Source: Amoebidium appalachense
Lineage: Eukaryota > Protista > Ichthyosporea
NCBI GenBank assembly: GCA_963693365.1
Contig: CAVNZM010000018.1
Coordinates: forward strand, 1,111,861-1,175,860
DNA length: 64,000 nt
Direction: 5' to 3'
Below, piece by piece: positions 1-24,852 of the stretch; the stretch's first letter is position 1; every line of letters begins with the position of its first letter. Made by a program: the position numbers and the translations under genes. The notes under the pieces were generated by a model. The model was not told the DNA's origin and did no database searches. It saw only the letters and a program-made list of their open reading frames with translations.

Positions 1-98
1 CCACCGTCCCAAACGGGCACCGGTAATTGAGCAAATTTTATCTGTTCCCTTGCTTCTTCGTTTTTTGATCTGGCCGGGCCGTATGGTGTGTGTGTGAC

Positions 99-570
<472 letters not shown>

Positions 571-1562
571 CCAGTGTTCCACCGAGGGTTTCCCCTCTTG
601 CTCTCCACCCCGTTCCCCCCTTTTACATATCTCGCTACCCACTGCCCATTCCTCCACCCCTTCTCTTTGCGATCGAGGCCGTCACCTCCCCCCCCCCAAC
701 CACCACCACCCACCCACAACCTGCCCCCTCGTGTGCGTTTTGTACTGCAGGAGGGAGGGCGGGCCCAGGGGGGGGGGGGGGGAGGTTGGTTTGCCGGCAT
801 TCTAAACTGCTGAGAATCGATAGGAGGGCTGGTACCCGTTACTGATCACCGTTTTGAAGCTAACAGTCAGAAAATTTCCAAGACAAATTTCTGTACATGT
901 TTTAATGAACGCCTTGTTCACAACCGTAGTTGCTGTGTGAGAGTGGCACGTGTACAACAAAGACATGTTTATTTTCTCAAGTGTGTCTTGCTGTGGCGGC
1001 AAGAGTCCCTGTGTGTCATGCATAATACTTGGTCACACAGACCGGTATGAAATCTCTGCAAAATCCAAGCGAGGCCTCTAGGCATATATACCTCCTGCAC
1101 GTAATATATTCCTCCTATAATATGTTGGTCATCTGTGACGACACACTTCATTATATCATGTGTCCTTATAATAGATACACACTACTTCCCCAAATGAATA
1201 TAGTATGAGGGAAGCCAATTGCAAGGTTAGGTAACTACCCTAAGAAGCTGACCAATGATTACTAATGCAACAAAAACCGAATATTACGATGTATAAATAA
1301 TTCTGTCTGGTGGTAAGCAAGCACACCATTAAAAAGGAAAAGAGATGCGTAAAGACACGGCCTACTTTACATTACTAATACCTCCTTTGAATGTTGACTA
1401 TAAATAGAACTCATTCGCTCAACCCAATTCACTCTCCTTAATACTTATCTGTTATCTCTGAGCCTATGGCAATATCAAACCCCCTCCCCTCCCAAACATA
1501 CACACCAACCACATTGTCAAACACCCACCCATGCCCACGCCCGCACAGAGGAAAGCACACGT

Positions 1563-1619
<57 letters not shown>

Positions 1620-1711
1620 ACACCCGGTCACCCCTGGTGTGTCACATCACCACCACGCCTCCTCCATCGCCATACGCGCATGTCTCGCACACACACCTCG
1701 TTGCCACCCTC

Positions 1712-2097
1712 CTAGTTGTCCCCAATAGGCAAACCCTTGGGCTCATAGGACGCCGACGGCTCTGCGTACCTGTGCTGTGCAGCAAACTGCGCGTTGTTTG
1801 CCACAAACGGGTTTGACTGCACACTCTTAATCTTGGTGTTGCGCTGGATAACGTTGCGTAGCGTGGACTGGGGGCCCAAGATGAACCGCCTAAGCTCGTG
1901 AATGCGGTCGATCTCGCACACGCACCAGGCAGGGTCGTTACAGTAGCTGATGCGGGGAGAGGCGTTGCACATGGTGTTGCACCAGTTCTTCTCGGCACGC
2001 TGGTTGACCGTGCGGCACACGTACTTGGACCTGTAAAGGGGAGGATATGGGGTGAGAATGATGTTGTTATTGTTGTTGTTGTTGTTGTTTGTTTTTT

Positions 2098-2171
<74 letters not shown>

Positions 2172-2540
2172 GTTTTTGTTTTTCTTTATGTAAATGTGTG
2201 TGCGTGTGTGTGTGCGTGTGTGCGTCCGTGTTTGCGTGTGTGCGTGCTTGTGTGTGGCGACATGACAACCAGCACCATTTTCAGCACACTCGTCGCTTAT
2301 ACTATTGTGTGCTGATGTTGCATGGCAGGCTATGGGGTGGTAACTTTGACTGTCTTGTGCAAGTGTTCGATTGGCCATGCCAACCTCTGTACGCACACAA
2401 GTCCGGAGCAAGCCTTTAGCCTGGATGTGCCCCTGCTTGTTGCTACAAATGTGCATGCATGTAGACATACGTATGCACTCTTACGTGCACGAATAAAGAG
2501 GCGCGGAAAACACACGTAGAGAACACACATGTACACACTT

Positions 2541-2592
<52 letters not shown>

Positions 2593-5500
2593 ACACACCT
2601 GTTTGCCTGGTCACCCACTGCAGCCTGCAGCCTCCTACGGTACCAAAAGCGGTCAGCCCTCTGCAGCCTCGACAGCTGCAGCAGCACACCGGCCTTAACT
2701 GACGGCCCCACACTGCTTCCAGGTGCATGGTCCTCGGCAAGCATGCCCACGTACATGTCGACCTTCTCCACCTGTGTGTGGAATTAAAACAATTGCGTCA
2801 GAGCACAGGGGAAGGGAAGTAGCAGGGTGTTAAACATGAACTTACAGAGCATGAACCTTGGAGCACATCCCTTTCGGGCGTTAGTGTGTGAGAGCACGTG
2901 CATGCTATTAGCCCACGTGTGTGATGTTCTTGGATGGCGTACGTGCTGCATGTGCATGCACAGTTTGCACACGAGAGTGCATGCACACGTGCATTGCTAC
3001 ACGTGTATGTGTGTGGGACGTGCGAATGACATTGTGCTAGAGAAAATTTGGCAAGCCAGGCGATCATTGGATCGAACCTCCCCCCCCCCCCCCCCCCCCC
3101 CGCCCCCCCCCCCCCCTGCATGCAATCACAGCCGAAAAACCCCCCACCAAGAGTCCCTCCCCCTCACAAACCAAAATATAGTGCCAAGTCCCAATTGCCG
3201 CACTTTGTCGTGAAGTTATTGAACATTTAAACACAATAAAACAAAACACCAAACATCAAGATTAAGATTCAAAGTCACACCTTGTCATTGTACAGGGTTC
3301 TCAGTTTCTCCTGCAGGTCAGGGTCTGACGTGATCTCATCGAAGTCATCGACATCCACATTCAGAAGATCCTTTTTGAATGTTTGGAACGAGGGAAGGCC
3401 GAGGTCTCTGCCTCGTGCAACTGACAGAGACACAATGTCGGCAGCCTCCGAGCCAATGGGGAGGCCACGGAACATGTGGTTGCGCATGCAGTCACCAACC
3501 TGGGAGGGGCAGAGGGGAGAGGGGGAGGAAGGGTACGGGAGGGGGTGGGGGGAGGGGGTGGGGGGAAGGTGGGGGAGGAAAGGTGGGTGGGTGGGTGGGT
3601 GGGGGGGGAATGGACGTGAGTTGCTGGTGGTGGTTACGTGTGTACGTGTGTGTTGGTCACGTGCGTGTGTACGTGTGTGTTGGTCACGTGCGTGTGTACG
3701 TGTGTGTTGGTCACGTGCGTGTGTACGTGTGTGCGTGCGCATTTGCCACAGTTGTATGTGTGTCTGTGTGTGGTGGTGGTGGTGGCAGGGGGGAAGGGGG
3801 AGGGGGGGAGAGGGGGGAGGAGGGGGGGGAATATGGGTAGTTGCCGGTGTCTGTGTCTGTGTCAATGTGTGTGTGCGCGCGCGCACCATTTTGTGCACTA
3901 ACGACAATGGTGGTCCAAATTCCCAAAAATCACACAGAACAACTCAGGCTACTCCTGAGCAGGTGACAAGAACAAAACACCACGATGTTATCCGCATATG
4001 GCATGGAACACAACTGAAAAGCAGGAGCGGCACTTGCATAACCCCTCCCACCCACCCACCCACCCCGGTGGTTCCCCCTTTCACAACCTCTTGCCTGATT
4101 TGGCAAGAGACCCAATATCCGATGCACAATGTATCATGACTGGTGAAAAACACGCCATACGCCACACAACTTCCCCCCCCCCCCGCCCCCCTCCCCCCCC
4201 AAACACACACACACACATCCAACCCCCATTCTTCCAAACACGAAGGCAACACCTGCCCACACTACCCATTCACCCCTCCCGCTTTCCCACAACCAACCCA
4301 ACCCATCCACACACCCGTACGAGTACACACGTAGGCACACACACTGCACACACACACACACGCACGAGTACACACGTAGGCGCACACTCATACGCACATA
4401 CACACACACACACACACACACGTACCCGCATGTCCACGGCCTCCATGCGCTGGAACAGTGCCCCGGCCAGGGTCGAATCAATGCCGCCAGTTTCGAGGAA
4501 CGACTGCCGTGCCTGTGTGCATGTAGTCAGTACACGCACACGGGGTAACACACACCACGCACACACAGGGTTAGACACACCACACAAACACCACAGAGAC
4601 CCTGCCCCCCCCCCCCCCCCCCCCCCCCTGCTCACTTCTCGGCCCCTCCAAACACACACACTCACACACACACACACATACACAACACGCACACACGCAG
4701 GGTCGACAGATCACACACACCCCTCACCACCTCCTCCCTCCGTAACACACACTCTTCTAACTCGACCCCACCACCACCACCTCTTCCATGCTCCGTCCAC
4801 AGCCCTTTCCTTTCATGTACTGTACACCACCATTAGCTACACCCCCATGCATCACAGGCAGACGCCTAACCCTCTACCCCTCTGCCTCACCCCCAAATTC
4901 TTTAATACCGCTTCTATTGTTGTTTACACCACTACACACTGCAAGCAGACACCTACCCCGAAGAAATTAGCCCTCTTCTCCTCGGGCACACACAGGCGCC
5001 AAGGGCCCAGGGGGTGAGGTTGGAAGGTGACGGGGTCTCTGCGGTCGAAGCTATCAGGGACCATGCTGTGGCCCATACGGAAGAGAATGTTGAAGAAACG
5101 GAACAGTTCACCCATACTCTCCTCACTGTATTCCTGCTCCTTGTATTTCTCTCCTGTTAGAGCAGGTAGCCACTCCTGGTAGGTGATGTCCTGCAAAACA
5201 TCAACTGTTAGTGATGTTACCTCAGGTCTTATTCTCGGCTTTTCAACTAAGATGGAGCGTGTGTGTTTGTTTAGTGATGTCATACAGAGGGTGACGTTGA
5301 TTCCATGAGCCGAACGAGGGTAGGCAATTTCACCGAGAGGCATATTTTTATGCCTAAAAGATTCTCAAGCAAGCCTAATTTGTTTGGCCTTCTCCCTCCA
5401 ACACCTTCCCCCCCTCCAACCCTTTCCCCCCCCTCCCCACCCCAACACACACACACACAGACACACACACACACACACACACACATGCACACACCACCCC

Positions 5501-6601
5501 CGTCTCTCATTTCCTCTACCTGCAGCTCAGCCTCGACAATAATCCTGGCCTCGTTGAAGATCTTGTCATCGTCCCACTCAGGGAACTGCTTCTTGAGTGT
5601 TGAAGCCACCCAGTTATGCTCTCTGAAGAACAGCAGGTGGATGGACGTAAGAAGGGGCACCTGGTTTGCTCTGCTCTCGCCAAACAGGAAAAGACCGCGC
5701 TCGTCAAGGCCAGGGTAGCCGTCGGGGCCCAAGAAGAGGAGGTGGCGGTTCTTGGGGTCACGAGACTGCGCCGGCGGGAGGGGGGGAGGGGGGGCAGGAA
5801 TTAGGTGTATATTCATGGGTCTTGGTGGTGCGAGACCAAATGGGGGTGGCCTGTAAAGACGAATTGCACTCACAGACATCAATAACTCAGAGACAAACAG
5901 GGATACCTTTCAAATTCCCAACCAAAGGAACAACAAGAACCACGAAAGGCCAAGTACCAGCAGATGTCAATTCCAGTAGGACCACCACACCAAGTGAACC
6001 CCTCCCTCCCTCTCCTTCTCCATCTACCCCTCCCCGTTGTTTTTCTTTGAGCACTTACCCTCTCCACCAGCTCCGGGGTGTCACCGTAGATGGAGGAGGC
6101 GTCGAGCCAGCTAGTGATGTGGTTCTCGGCCCTGTTCTGATCGATACCATCCACCCTTCTGAACAACATGGTCGACTTGGGGGGGAACACCTTGTCATCG
6201 TCGGGTATGACGATATCATCTTTGACCAGGTTGGGCGTGATTAGCGGCAGGTCAAAGACCAGACTGATGTCATGGTTCACAAACTGCCCCCACTGCATGT
6301 GCAGCGTGTTGAGGCCACGGGAGTCAAACACCACCTCGGTGTGGTCGAACAGTTCGTTGCTAAGTTTCCTTACTTCGGGTTGGTCGGGGTCGTGGAGCTC
6401 GGCGTCGGCACGCGGTATGGTCGACCACGTGTTTGTGTCGGCCTTGAGTGACCCACGGAGAGGGTGGCGCAGGTTATTGTAAGCACCTGTGCTGTTTCGG
6501 TAGACGTAGGGAGCGGGGTTGGGGTGAAGGAAGGGGCATTGTGCGGTGGTCAAAGCCAGACCGGCACACAGCACGGCTAGGCCGAGCTCTAGGTGTACCA
6601 T
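1712..6601 (-). CDS. Secreted heme peroxidase (An_peroxidase, peroxidase-cyclooxygenase superfamily), 7 exons
   Basis: Exons 6601-6059, 5765-5520, 5190-4957, 4512-4426, 3499-3281, 2771-2599 and 2030-1712 join in frame at GT-AG sites. Signal peptide MVHLELGLAVLCAGLALTTA. Motifs QWGQFVNHD (distal His), NHITSWLDASSIYG, GESRANQ (distal Arg), LFFREHN, ITYQEWLP, FRMGHSMV (proximal His), RGRDLGLP, VDMYVGMLAE, DRFWY. Confidence 0.93.
3637..3730 (+). repeat. 27-bp minisatellite x3
   Basis: Unit GTGTGTACGTGTGTGTTGGTCACGTGC. Confidence 0.85.
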
Positions 6602-7717
6602 GGTGGAGGGTGGTTTATGCGTGTGGGGCTGCTACTACTAGGCGATTTTTCTTTCACGACACAGAAAACAGAAACGCGCTCTAGCGTGTGTGTGCTTGTC
6701 CGCCGGCTTGTGTGCGTCTGTAAACACTGGAGGGGAAACGGCGCGGCATTCCGTCGCGGCTGTGGAATGTTCGCGCGGCGAAGCTCATGGAACTTGGAAG
6801 TCAATGGCGATTGGCTAATACAGAAGTGGATCTGTTACGTGGCATGTTACCAACACAATGTCTGAAGTAGACATTTGCTGTTTTTCTCATGCTTTTCCTG
6901 CCTAAAAAGAACCAAAAAAATCATGTATGGAAATTGTGAATTATTGTCTGTAAAACCCAGAAAATAAAGCTTCGGAGCCCTTAGCACGCGTCCGGACGTT
7001 CAGATATCGCCATTCGCCAATGGCATTAAACCTGCATGCCGATCTACATAAACCACATTCCTAAGTTTACTGCGCACCAATCAGCGCCAGACACCGGCGG
7101 CTTGCAATTTCCACCAAAATTGGTCCAAAAAGCAACGGCAGTAACGTAACGGCGCCAAACACTGACTCACCGAGGCCACACACGGAGGCACTCTGCCCTG
7201 ATTCACAAGTGTTTTGCGGCTGCCTCCTTCACCGTGATAGCTCTCCGTCGGCCCACCTATTTCTGTTTATATATATAGCTAGCCCGCTGTAGGCGCCGTC
7301 TGGTTGAAGCGTGGTGGTGCGCAAACTTATAGTGACTCACTTGCAGATGAGATGTTGACTTGTGGGGGAGGTGAACTTCGATTGAGGGCAGTGCTTCAGT
7401 TATGGGCGAGGGTGCTTCCCGAAGTATGTATAGGTAAAATAATTCAAAGATCAACTGAGCGTACTTACGGCGCTATCCTTTGCTTGCTTGAGCCACACAA
7501 CGACATCGTATTCGTAGCCGGAGGTAGTGTGGGTCTGTGGCCTGGGCTGTGTGAGGGTTTTTCTATGTTTGAAAACCCTCCTCGTTCTATTTAGTGTAAA
7601 TAAAAGGTGGTAATTCGTTGCTGCCCATAACTTTGGTAGGCATATGCCGGGAAGGCATGCGTGTATGTGCATTTTATTTCTTATTGCTGCTCGGGTTCCA
7701 ACAACCCCCCCCCCCCC

Positions 7718-7754
<37 letters not shown>

Positions 7755-9251
7755 CCCCACTTCTTTAGGGGTTCAACACAGCACACAACTTGCCTGCGCC
7801 TGCATGCTGTGAGTGAACACACAGCCTGCCCTTCACCTGTGTTGGTTTCATGTTTATTCATCATCCACATCATTACCATCCACCACACTTTCAACCTTCG
7901 ACATGCTTCTATCGTTATCATGACTACCGCACTCACCCCAAAGCCTACCGCTTCGTCCACGGAGAGCTTTTTACTTAGACAGGCCAACAGAATAAGAGAA
8001 GAGCCCATTGATGTAGACATAAGAGCTATACCAACCGGAGCCCCTGGGACGCTTGCTACTAGGATTTAGGAGGATGTACACGACATAAACACAAGAACTT
8101 GACAGAATGCATACGCTTGTAATAAAGCCCATGAGGATGATAGAGCTAAGAACAGGGCTATAATCGCACAGACAGAAAGGAAAGAAGTGGAAGAGAAAAT
8201 GGCACATCTATAGCAGTCGTGCTAGTATTCTAGTACTAGCATTCCATGAAACTTGACGTAGGATGCACCACACCACTTGATTGCAGCTAAAACGGAGCCA
8301 CCAACAGCAAGCATTCGATTTTCTCACGTCCATGGGAGCAATAGAACAAGACATGTACATCATCGCTGTGCAAGGTCATGGCGTGGGTCCACGCACATTG
8401 TCGCGGAATGGTTGTTAAGTTTATAATTAGCCTAAGACAAGCGTGGCTCCCTGGTGCAAAAATGTATACGCGTATAGCGGCAAACAAGGCAAACACAAAA
8501 GGCAGGCTTAATTAGTGACGCAGTGTGTAGTAGGCCTCAGTTGAAGTGTCTAAAAAACGCGGGCCCTGTAATCTACAGGCTACGCAGGCTGGTCACCTGA
8601 CTTATCAAGCACATGACTGCAAAAGTCTGGCACCACATGTCACGGGCTCCATGTTATTGAGGATAATTGGACGGACCTAGCTGGCAGCGCCAGTTGGTGT
8701 AAAGTCGTCATCTACTCGATCTATTATCAGCGGGTTAGAGATAACACCCCCCTCCCCCCCCCCCCCCGCCCCCGCCTTCCCCCCCCCCCCTCCCCCCTTC
8801 CCCTGCTGATCTACCCTGCGCTGAGTTGTCGTTGATACCTGGCCCACGGCTGGCACCATTCAATGGTTGATTTGCCTGGCCGTGCACAGGCACTTTTGTC
8901 CTTAACTCCTGTTGTGTTGACTCCTGTCCCCCTGAAAATGAATCCACTGGCAAAGTAGCAGTATTAGCAGCAAGCCCCACTGTGTACAAAAAGAAAAACA
9001 TAAGAAAAGAAAACTTGAAGTCAGGCCCAGTGTCGGGCCCGAGGCCGCTGAGGTGAGCCAGATTACGTAATCTCGCCGCTCGGTCGCACGGACCGCAGCA
9101 AGCTTGGGCGTGTCTGGCCTCGGAGCCTCTTGAAAGGCGGACTCACGTTTTGCAGGGCCCCAGTCACCTATGCGAGAGAACCGTGGCACACAGGATATGT
9201 ACACTGGGGCAGGCGGCCAGGCGGCGGGGAGTATAGGCAGGGAGTAGGCAG

Positions 9252-19462
<10,211 letters not shown>

Positions 19463-19512
19463 ACATCCCTCCCCCCTCCCCCTCCTCCCCCCCCCCCCCC
19501 CCCCCCCCCCCC

Positions 19513-20060
19513 GATGCTGCATACTTGAATGTTTGCCTTTGCATGTGTCCTGCACCATGTTTCTCATCGTGTATGCGTACTTCGTACTGTGTTCCGCATT
19601 CAAACCCCCCTGTCTTCTTTCAGAGGTGTCCTTTCAGGACAGACCACTGTGTGGAGACATCTTTACTCCCATGCAACCGGGCATGGTTGCTCTGTGTCGT
19701 GCATCTGTAAGCACATACGCGTTTGTCGCTGCACTGCATTAGTTTGCACATACATCTTCACCGTTTTGCTCACCTTGCTTGCATAAGCAACCCTGCTCGT
19801 CTTTGATCAAGACGGGTTGACCCACCCAAGTTCAGTTGATGCTGCTGTCTGAGTTGGAGCGTCGTATATACGCGGGCTAAGGGGTCGAAACTCAGACGCA
19901 ATTGATGACTTGGGCCCTCCCTGAGGATGGGCTCTGCTTATGACGCATACTGTGCGCATGGCTGATGCTGCATACTTGAATGTTTGCCTTTGCATGTGTC
20001 CTGCACCATGCTTCTCATCGTGTATGCGTACTTCGTACTGTGTTCCGCATTCAAACCCCC
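19513..20060 (+). mobile_element. Non-autonomous PLE/retrozyme-like element, 451-bp unit with ~97-bp pseudo-LTR
   Basis: Direct repeats 19513-19610 and 19964-20060 differ at one base. It is flanked by poly-C on both sides, is non-coding, and is homologous to 33037-33290. Confidence 0.85.
19782..19942 (+). ncRNA. Structured RNA motif copy A (candidate permuted hammerhead-like ribozyme)
   Basis: Several helices covary with copy B. GUU 19853-55, GAAA 19887-90, CUGAGGA 19921-27. Confidence 0.7.
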
Positions 20061-20135
20061 CCCCCCCCCCCCCCCCCCCCGGTCCTCTTCCACCACCACC
20101 ATCACCACCACCACCACTCCCACTCTCCCACTAGC

Positions 20136-20270
<135 letters not shown>

Positions 20271-20275
20271 TACAG

Positions 20276-20307
<32 letters not shown>

Positions 20308-22164
20308 ACCCCCCCCAACCAACCGACCCATCAACCAACCAATCTGCCACCAATGCACACCAACATGCACCGTAAGGCTCCCCCATTCACACCCACGTTG
20401 CCTCAAAGCAACGCGTTCTTAGCGGCCTCGGTTGGCCCCACGATTAGTCGATCGAAGACTGCATTCCATTAGAAATGAGACATAAAGCTTCCTGATTATT
20501 AACCATCAATCAAGTTTTATTCATTGATTACGATGAGTCACATGAGCCATTAGAGGTCACAAACCAGGCAGTTTAAAGCCTATCTATGTGATGAAGCAGA
20601 GAAATAACAACAAAACAAACTAAAAAAACATCACAACGTGCTGTTTTATTATGTTTAAGTTAATTTGAATTATCAAAAAGCTTACATAAACACCCATGCT
20701 TCCGGTTTTTCCAAAAATCTACAGCCAATCAGAGAACAAATGTGCACTTCGTGTCAGAGCTGTTGATTGGTCGTGCACTCATAATGATCTGGTTCGACCA
20801 ATCATTAACAAACGGCAAAAGCCCTCTTTTGCCTATGTTTTTGAAAGGTGAATTAAAAGGTAACCTTACTTCATTCGAGTTTTGGTAACTTCCAGAACCA
20901 ACGAAAAGGTCCCATAAAAAATACAATACATTTTAAAAGAAACAAGTCACTTCTGTAAAACAGTTTTTTTGATTTCGCTATAATAAGTTGATTTTTTTTT
21001 TCATGCTATGAATGCATAAATCCTCAATGTGTTTTTTTCAAAGTGGAAAAACTCTATATTGGTTTTAGAAAAACGCAAAAACTATTTCACTGACAATATC
21101 AAATATATATATATATATAATGGTTTTTGAAATATCAAATCAAGTCTTTTTGTAACACATTAGGTCAGGAAATGGGATTGAATACACCCTCTTTTGATAC
21201 CGGGATCACATGACCGGGCACTAAGATCGGCTCGCAGATAGGTGTCGTGAACCACCTAACCGGTAATGGTGCAATGGTCACCTCTATCTAGTTTACCTCT
21301 TTTTAAGCCACCAACCACATCACCTCTCCCCAATCCACCTGGTGATAATCACCCAATCAGATCACCCCGTCCCACCCGTGGGCCTGGCCTCTACACGCTA
21401 CCTGGTGATGTTCAATATGGCAACCAATCAACACCCCCGCCAGCATCGGGCCACTTCAGGAGGTCCTCACATGGTCCCCCCGTCATAGTCCCAGGCCCAC
21501 GTCCACACAACAGCGAGTATGACCCCCCCTGCCCCCCCCCCCCCCCCCCCCCCCCCTTCGCCCGCCCACCGCCACCACCGCCATGCACACACATGCACAC
21601 GCGCACGCACTCAGGCACACACATACGCACGGGCACACAAATCACCGCCACCACAATTAAAAACAAAAAAGGAAAAGAAAAAAAAAGAGCGGAAAGAAGG
21701 AAGAAGAGAGGTTGAAAGAAAGAAAGAAAAATGTATATATGGTGCAAAAGGAGACAGCGGTGCAGTGGGGCAAGAGCCGCATGTAACCATGCAAGGTGGA
21801 AGGTTTAATGGAGAAGTGTTTGTATGAAGGGTAGGGGTTGAGACTACATGAAAAGGAGGGAAGGGGGAGGGTGGACGTGAATTTATAAATGGGTGGTGGT
21901 GGATAAGTTTGGGGGGGGGGGGGGGGGGGGGGGGGGGGAGACCTGCATCCGTTCTCTCTCTCTCTCTTATGTGAATGCTTACATGTGTGCGCGTGCCCGC
22001 GCGCGCACGCACACACATACACACACACACACACATTGACATACATCATCCCTCTCTTTCCCATTCCCCGTCTCTCTTTTTTTTTCTCTGATTCTTTCCT
22101 TTCCTCCTTTCGTAATTCCCCGCCCCCTCCCCCCTCCCCCTTCTCCCCTTCCCCTCCTCCCCCC

Positions 22165-22197
<33 letters not shown>

Positions 22198-23389
22198 TTT
22201 TTGAGGTGGAAACTGAAGAATGTGGGAGTATGCAAGGTATAATGTCATGGTGGGCTGTTTGGTTCCATGTGTGTGATGCTGTGCATGCAGTATAACTGCT
22301 CCATTACACTGGCCAGGAAGGGACATGGGTGACTGACTGACTGTTGCATTTTGCAGTTCCGGAGGCCCACCGGACATCATCAGCCTTGGCGCTAATTTTA
22401 GACTCGTGGTGAGGCAAGATAAGACTTCAAAGAAATAGATACACCCGCTTAAGTGTGTTTTTCCTCTTAATTTTTTTTTTTTTTTTTTGTTTTTTTAGAT
22501 TTGAGATAAGAGTATATGCATGAATGTGTTTCGGCTAGCATGAATGGTGCAGAAAAAAAAAAAAGACAGAGACGCCAAATTTAGTGTCATTTATCGTTTG
22601 TATGGTTTAAGTTGGAGACCAACATGTGTGTACATAACATGCTTTTGCATGAACCACTCTATCCAGCCATCCAGCGGTAGATTAAATTATAACACAACAC
22701 ATGCACGTGTCCCAGATATAAGAACCCCCCCCCCCCCCAAAAAAAAAAAAAATAAAAAATATATAAAAAAATAAAAAATCTCACCCTGCAAGGGCTATAT
22801 ATACCCACCCCAGTCACATAGAAATATGCACGAATGTCTGCTGTGTACACGGACTGGGGCGGGGGGAGAGGGGGGGGGGGGGGGGGGGGGGGGGTTTCGT
22901 GGGACTGACATATGGATATAAATGAGGTTGGGGTCAGGGTACACCACCGAGGCTGGTGCAAGCCAATAAAAAATAAATGAAATTGGCACGAGTCCTGAAA
23001 TGTGCACATGCATATGTGTGTATACGTACCGAGGTGTGTGTGAGAGTGTGCGGCCGTGTGTGTCGTGCAAAGCTAGTGTGTGCACCGGTGTGCAATGTAA
23101 TGCCTTGTGTGCATTGGTGCGTTCTGCATACTTTAAGTGTGCACACGTTCGGGCGTATGTTATACAGTGTGTGCTTTAGTTTTTGTGGAATGTGGTGTGT
23201 CATGCAAAGCGTACACGCTGTGTCGTGCGCCACGAAAGTTTGCAGTACGGCAAGCATTATATCCCGTAACTTTTCCTTGAGTCTGGCCTTGTGCTGCCGG
23301 AGACTGCTGTGAACGTTAATTATAACCGCAGAAATTGTTGTTGTTGTTAATTGTGGTGGTGGTGGTGGTTGGCGGGGCGGAGGGGTGGT

Positions 23390-23489
<100 letters not shown>

Positions 23490-23736
23490 CTAGCAATGCT
23501 GTGGCCACGACGTGCTTGTGAGTGCATGTAAACTGGAATAGTTATCACTGTGGCTCGACGCGTCCTGAAATACGTTCTTATCTGCTCCCCCACCCTTCCT
23601 TCTGCTGGACTGCTGGCGCCGGCCATGCATATGCATGGTGGATCCTTCGAGTCCGTGCGTGCTGGCTGCAGTACGTGAAATTACTCTCCGCCCGTGCCGT
23701 TTGCAGTGTTCTATCCACGGTGGTGGTGGTGGCGCG

Positions 23737-23774
<38 letters not shown>

Positions 23775-24852
23775 ATGATCTGAAGGGGGTTCCTTGGGAT
23801 GGGAACTGTGCCAATTAGGACGTTTGCATACATATACGAAACACGTGAAGCCGGACCGTCACGGTGTGTTAATTATTATGTGACACCGTGTGCATGCACC
23901 GCACATGGGGCTGGCATGGGTGTGCACGTGCACGCGCACAGCGCATGGGTGCTCCACGTGTGTGTGCACGGGTGGGTCAACGATCACAACACTACCGGCA
24001 CATGAATTCATGCTGCACACGGGTACACATGTACTAGTGCATTTGGGTGGGTGCGTACATGTACTGGTGCATTTGGGTGGGTGCGTACATGTACGCATGC
24101 ACGGGGCCCGGCGTTTGTGTATGGGTTGAAATGATTACAAGAATGGCCCGAATGTGTACGTGTTTTCATGCAGGGGAGGTGGGCCTGTACGTGTGTGCAT
24201 GCATGGGACGGTGTGTATCTGTGTGCCTGCATGGGTGGGTTTGTACGTGTGTGCATGCATGGTTGGATGGCTGTGACGTGTGTGCAATGCCATGCACATG
24301 GTGGGACCCGGTGGGTGTCGGTGTGTATACATACGTGCATGGGTGGGTGGGTGTGCTCGCAGCCCTGCATGGATGGGCAGGTGGGCGTGTATACGTGTGT
24401 GCATGCTTTGGTGGGTGTGGGTGTGTAGTCGTACACGTGGTGCGAGTGTACGTGTGTGTGATGCCATGCATAGTGTGTCTGTATGTGTCAATGTACATGC
24501 ATGGGCGGGTAAGTACTTGCCTGTGTGCATGCACAGCTGAGCGTGTATTTGTGTGTTTGCATGTGTGCAGTGTGTGTGCGTGCTTATGTATGGGTGAGCA
24601 CGTACACGTTTGCCTGTGCATGCATTTGGGTGTGTGGACGTGTGTGTGTGTGTGCTTGGGTGGGATCTGAGGGGGCACACCATGGGAACGGAACCAGAGA
24701 CTTGGGTTGTCGATGCTTTCATAATCGGCACAGCCGCTGCATTAATGTATTCGGTTATACACCTAAGTACTGGCACATGTATGTACAATGCTAATGGGGT
24801 CACCACTGAAAAAAACAACACTGTCAACAAGAAAATATCCAATTATAGCCGC

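Noticed and set aside
7300-9160. Possible minus-strand gene divergent from the VPS9 gene
   Set aside because: Splice-like signals exist but the frames I tried hit stops, and no domain was recognisable.
19900-19927. Box C/D snoRNA (TGATGA...CTGA)
   Set aside because: Boxes are only 12 nt apart, box C is altered in copy B, and the intervening bases are used in covarying helices.
20480-21240. AT-rich island as a transposon remnant
   Set aside because: No TIRs, TSD or second copy seen in the window.
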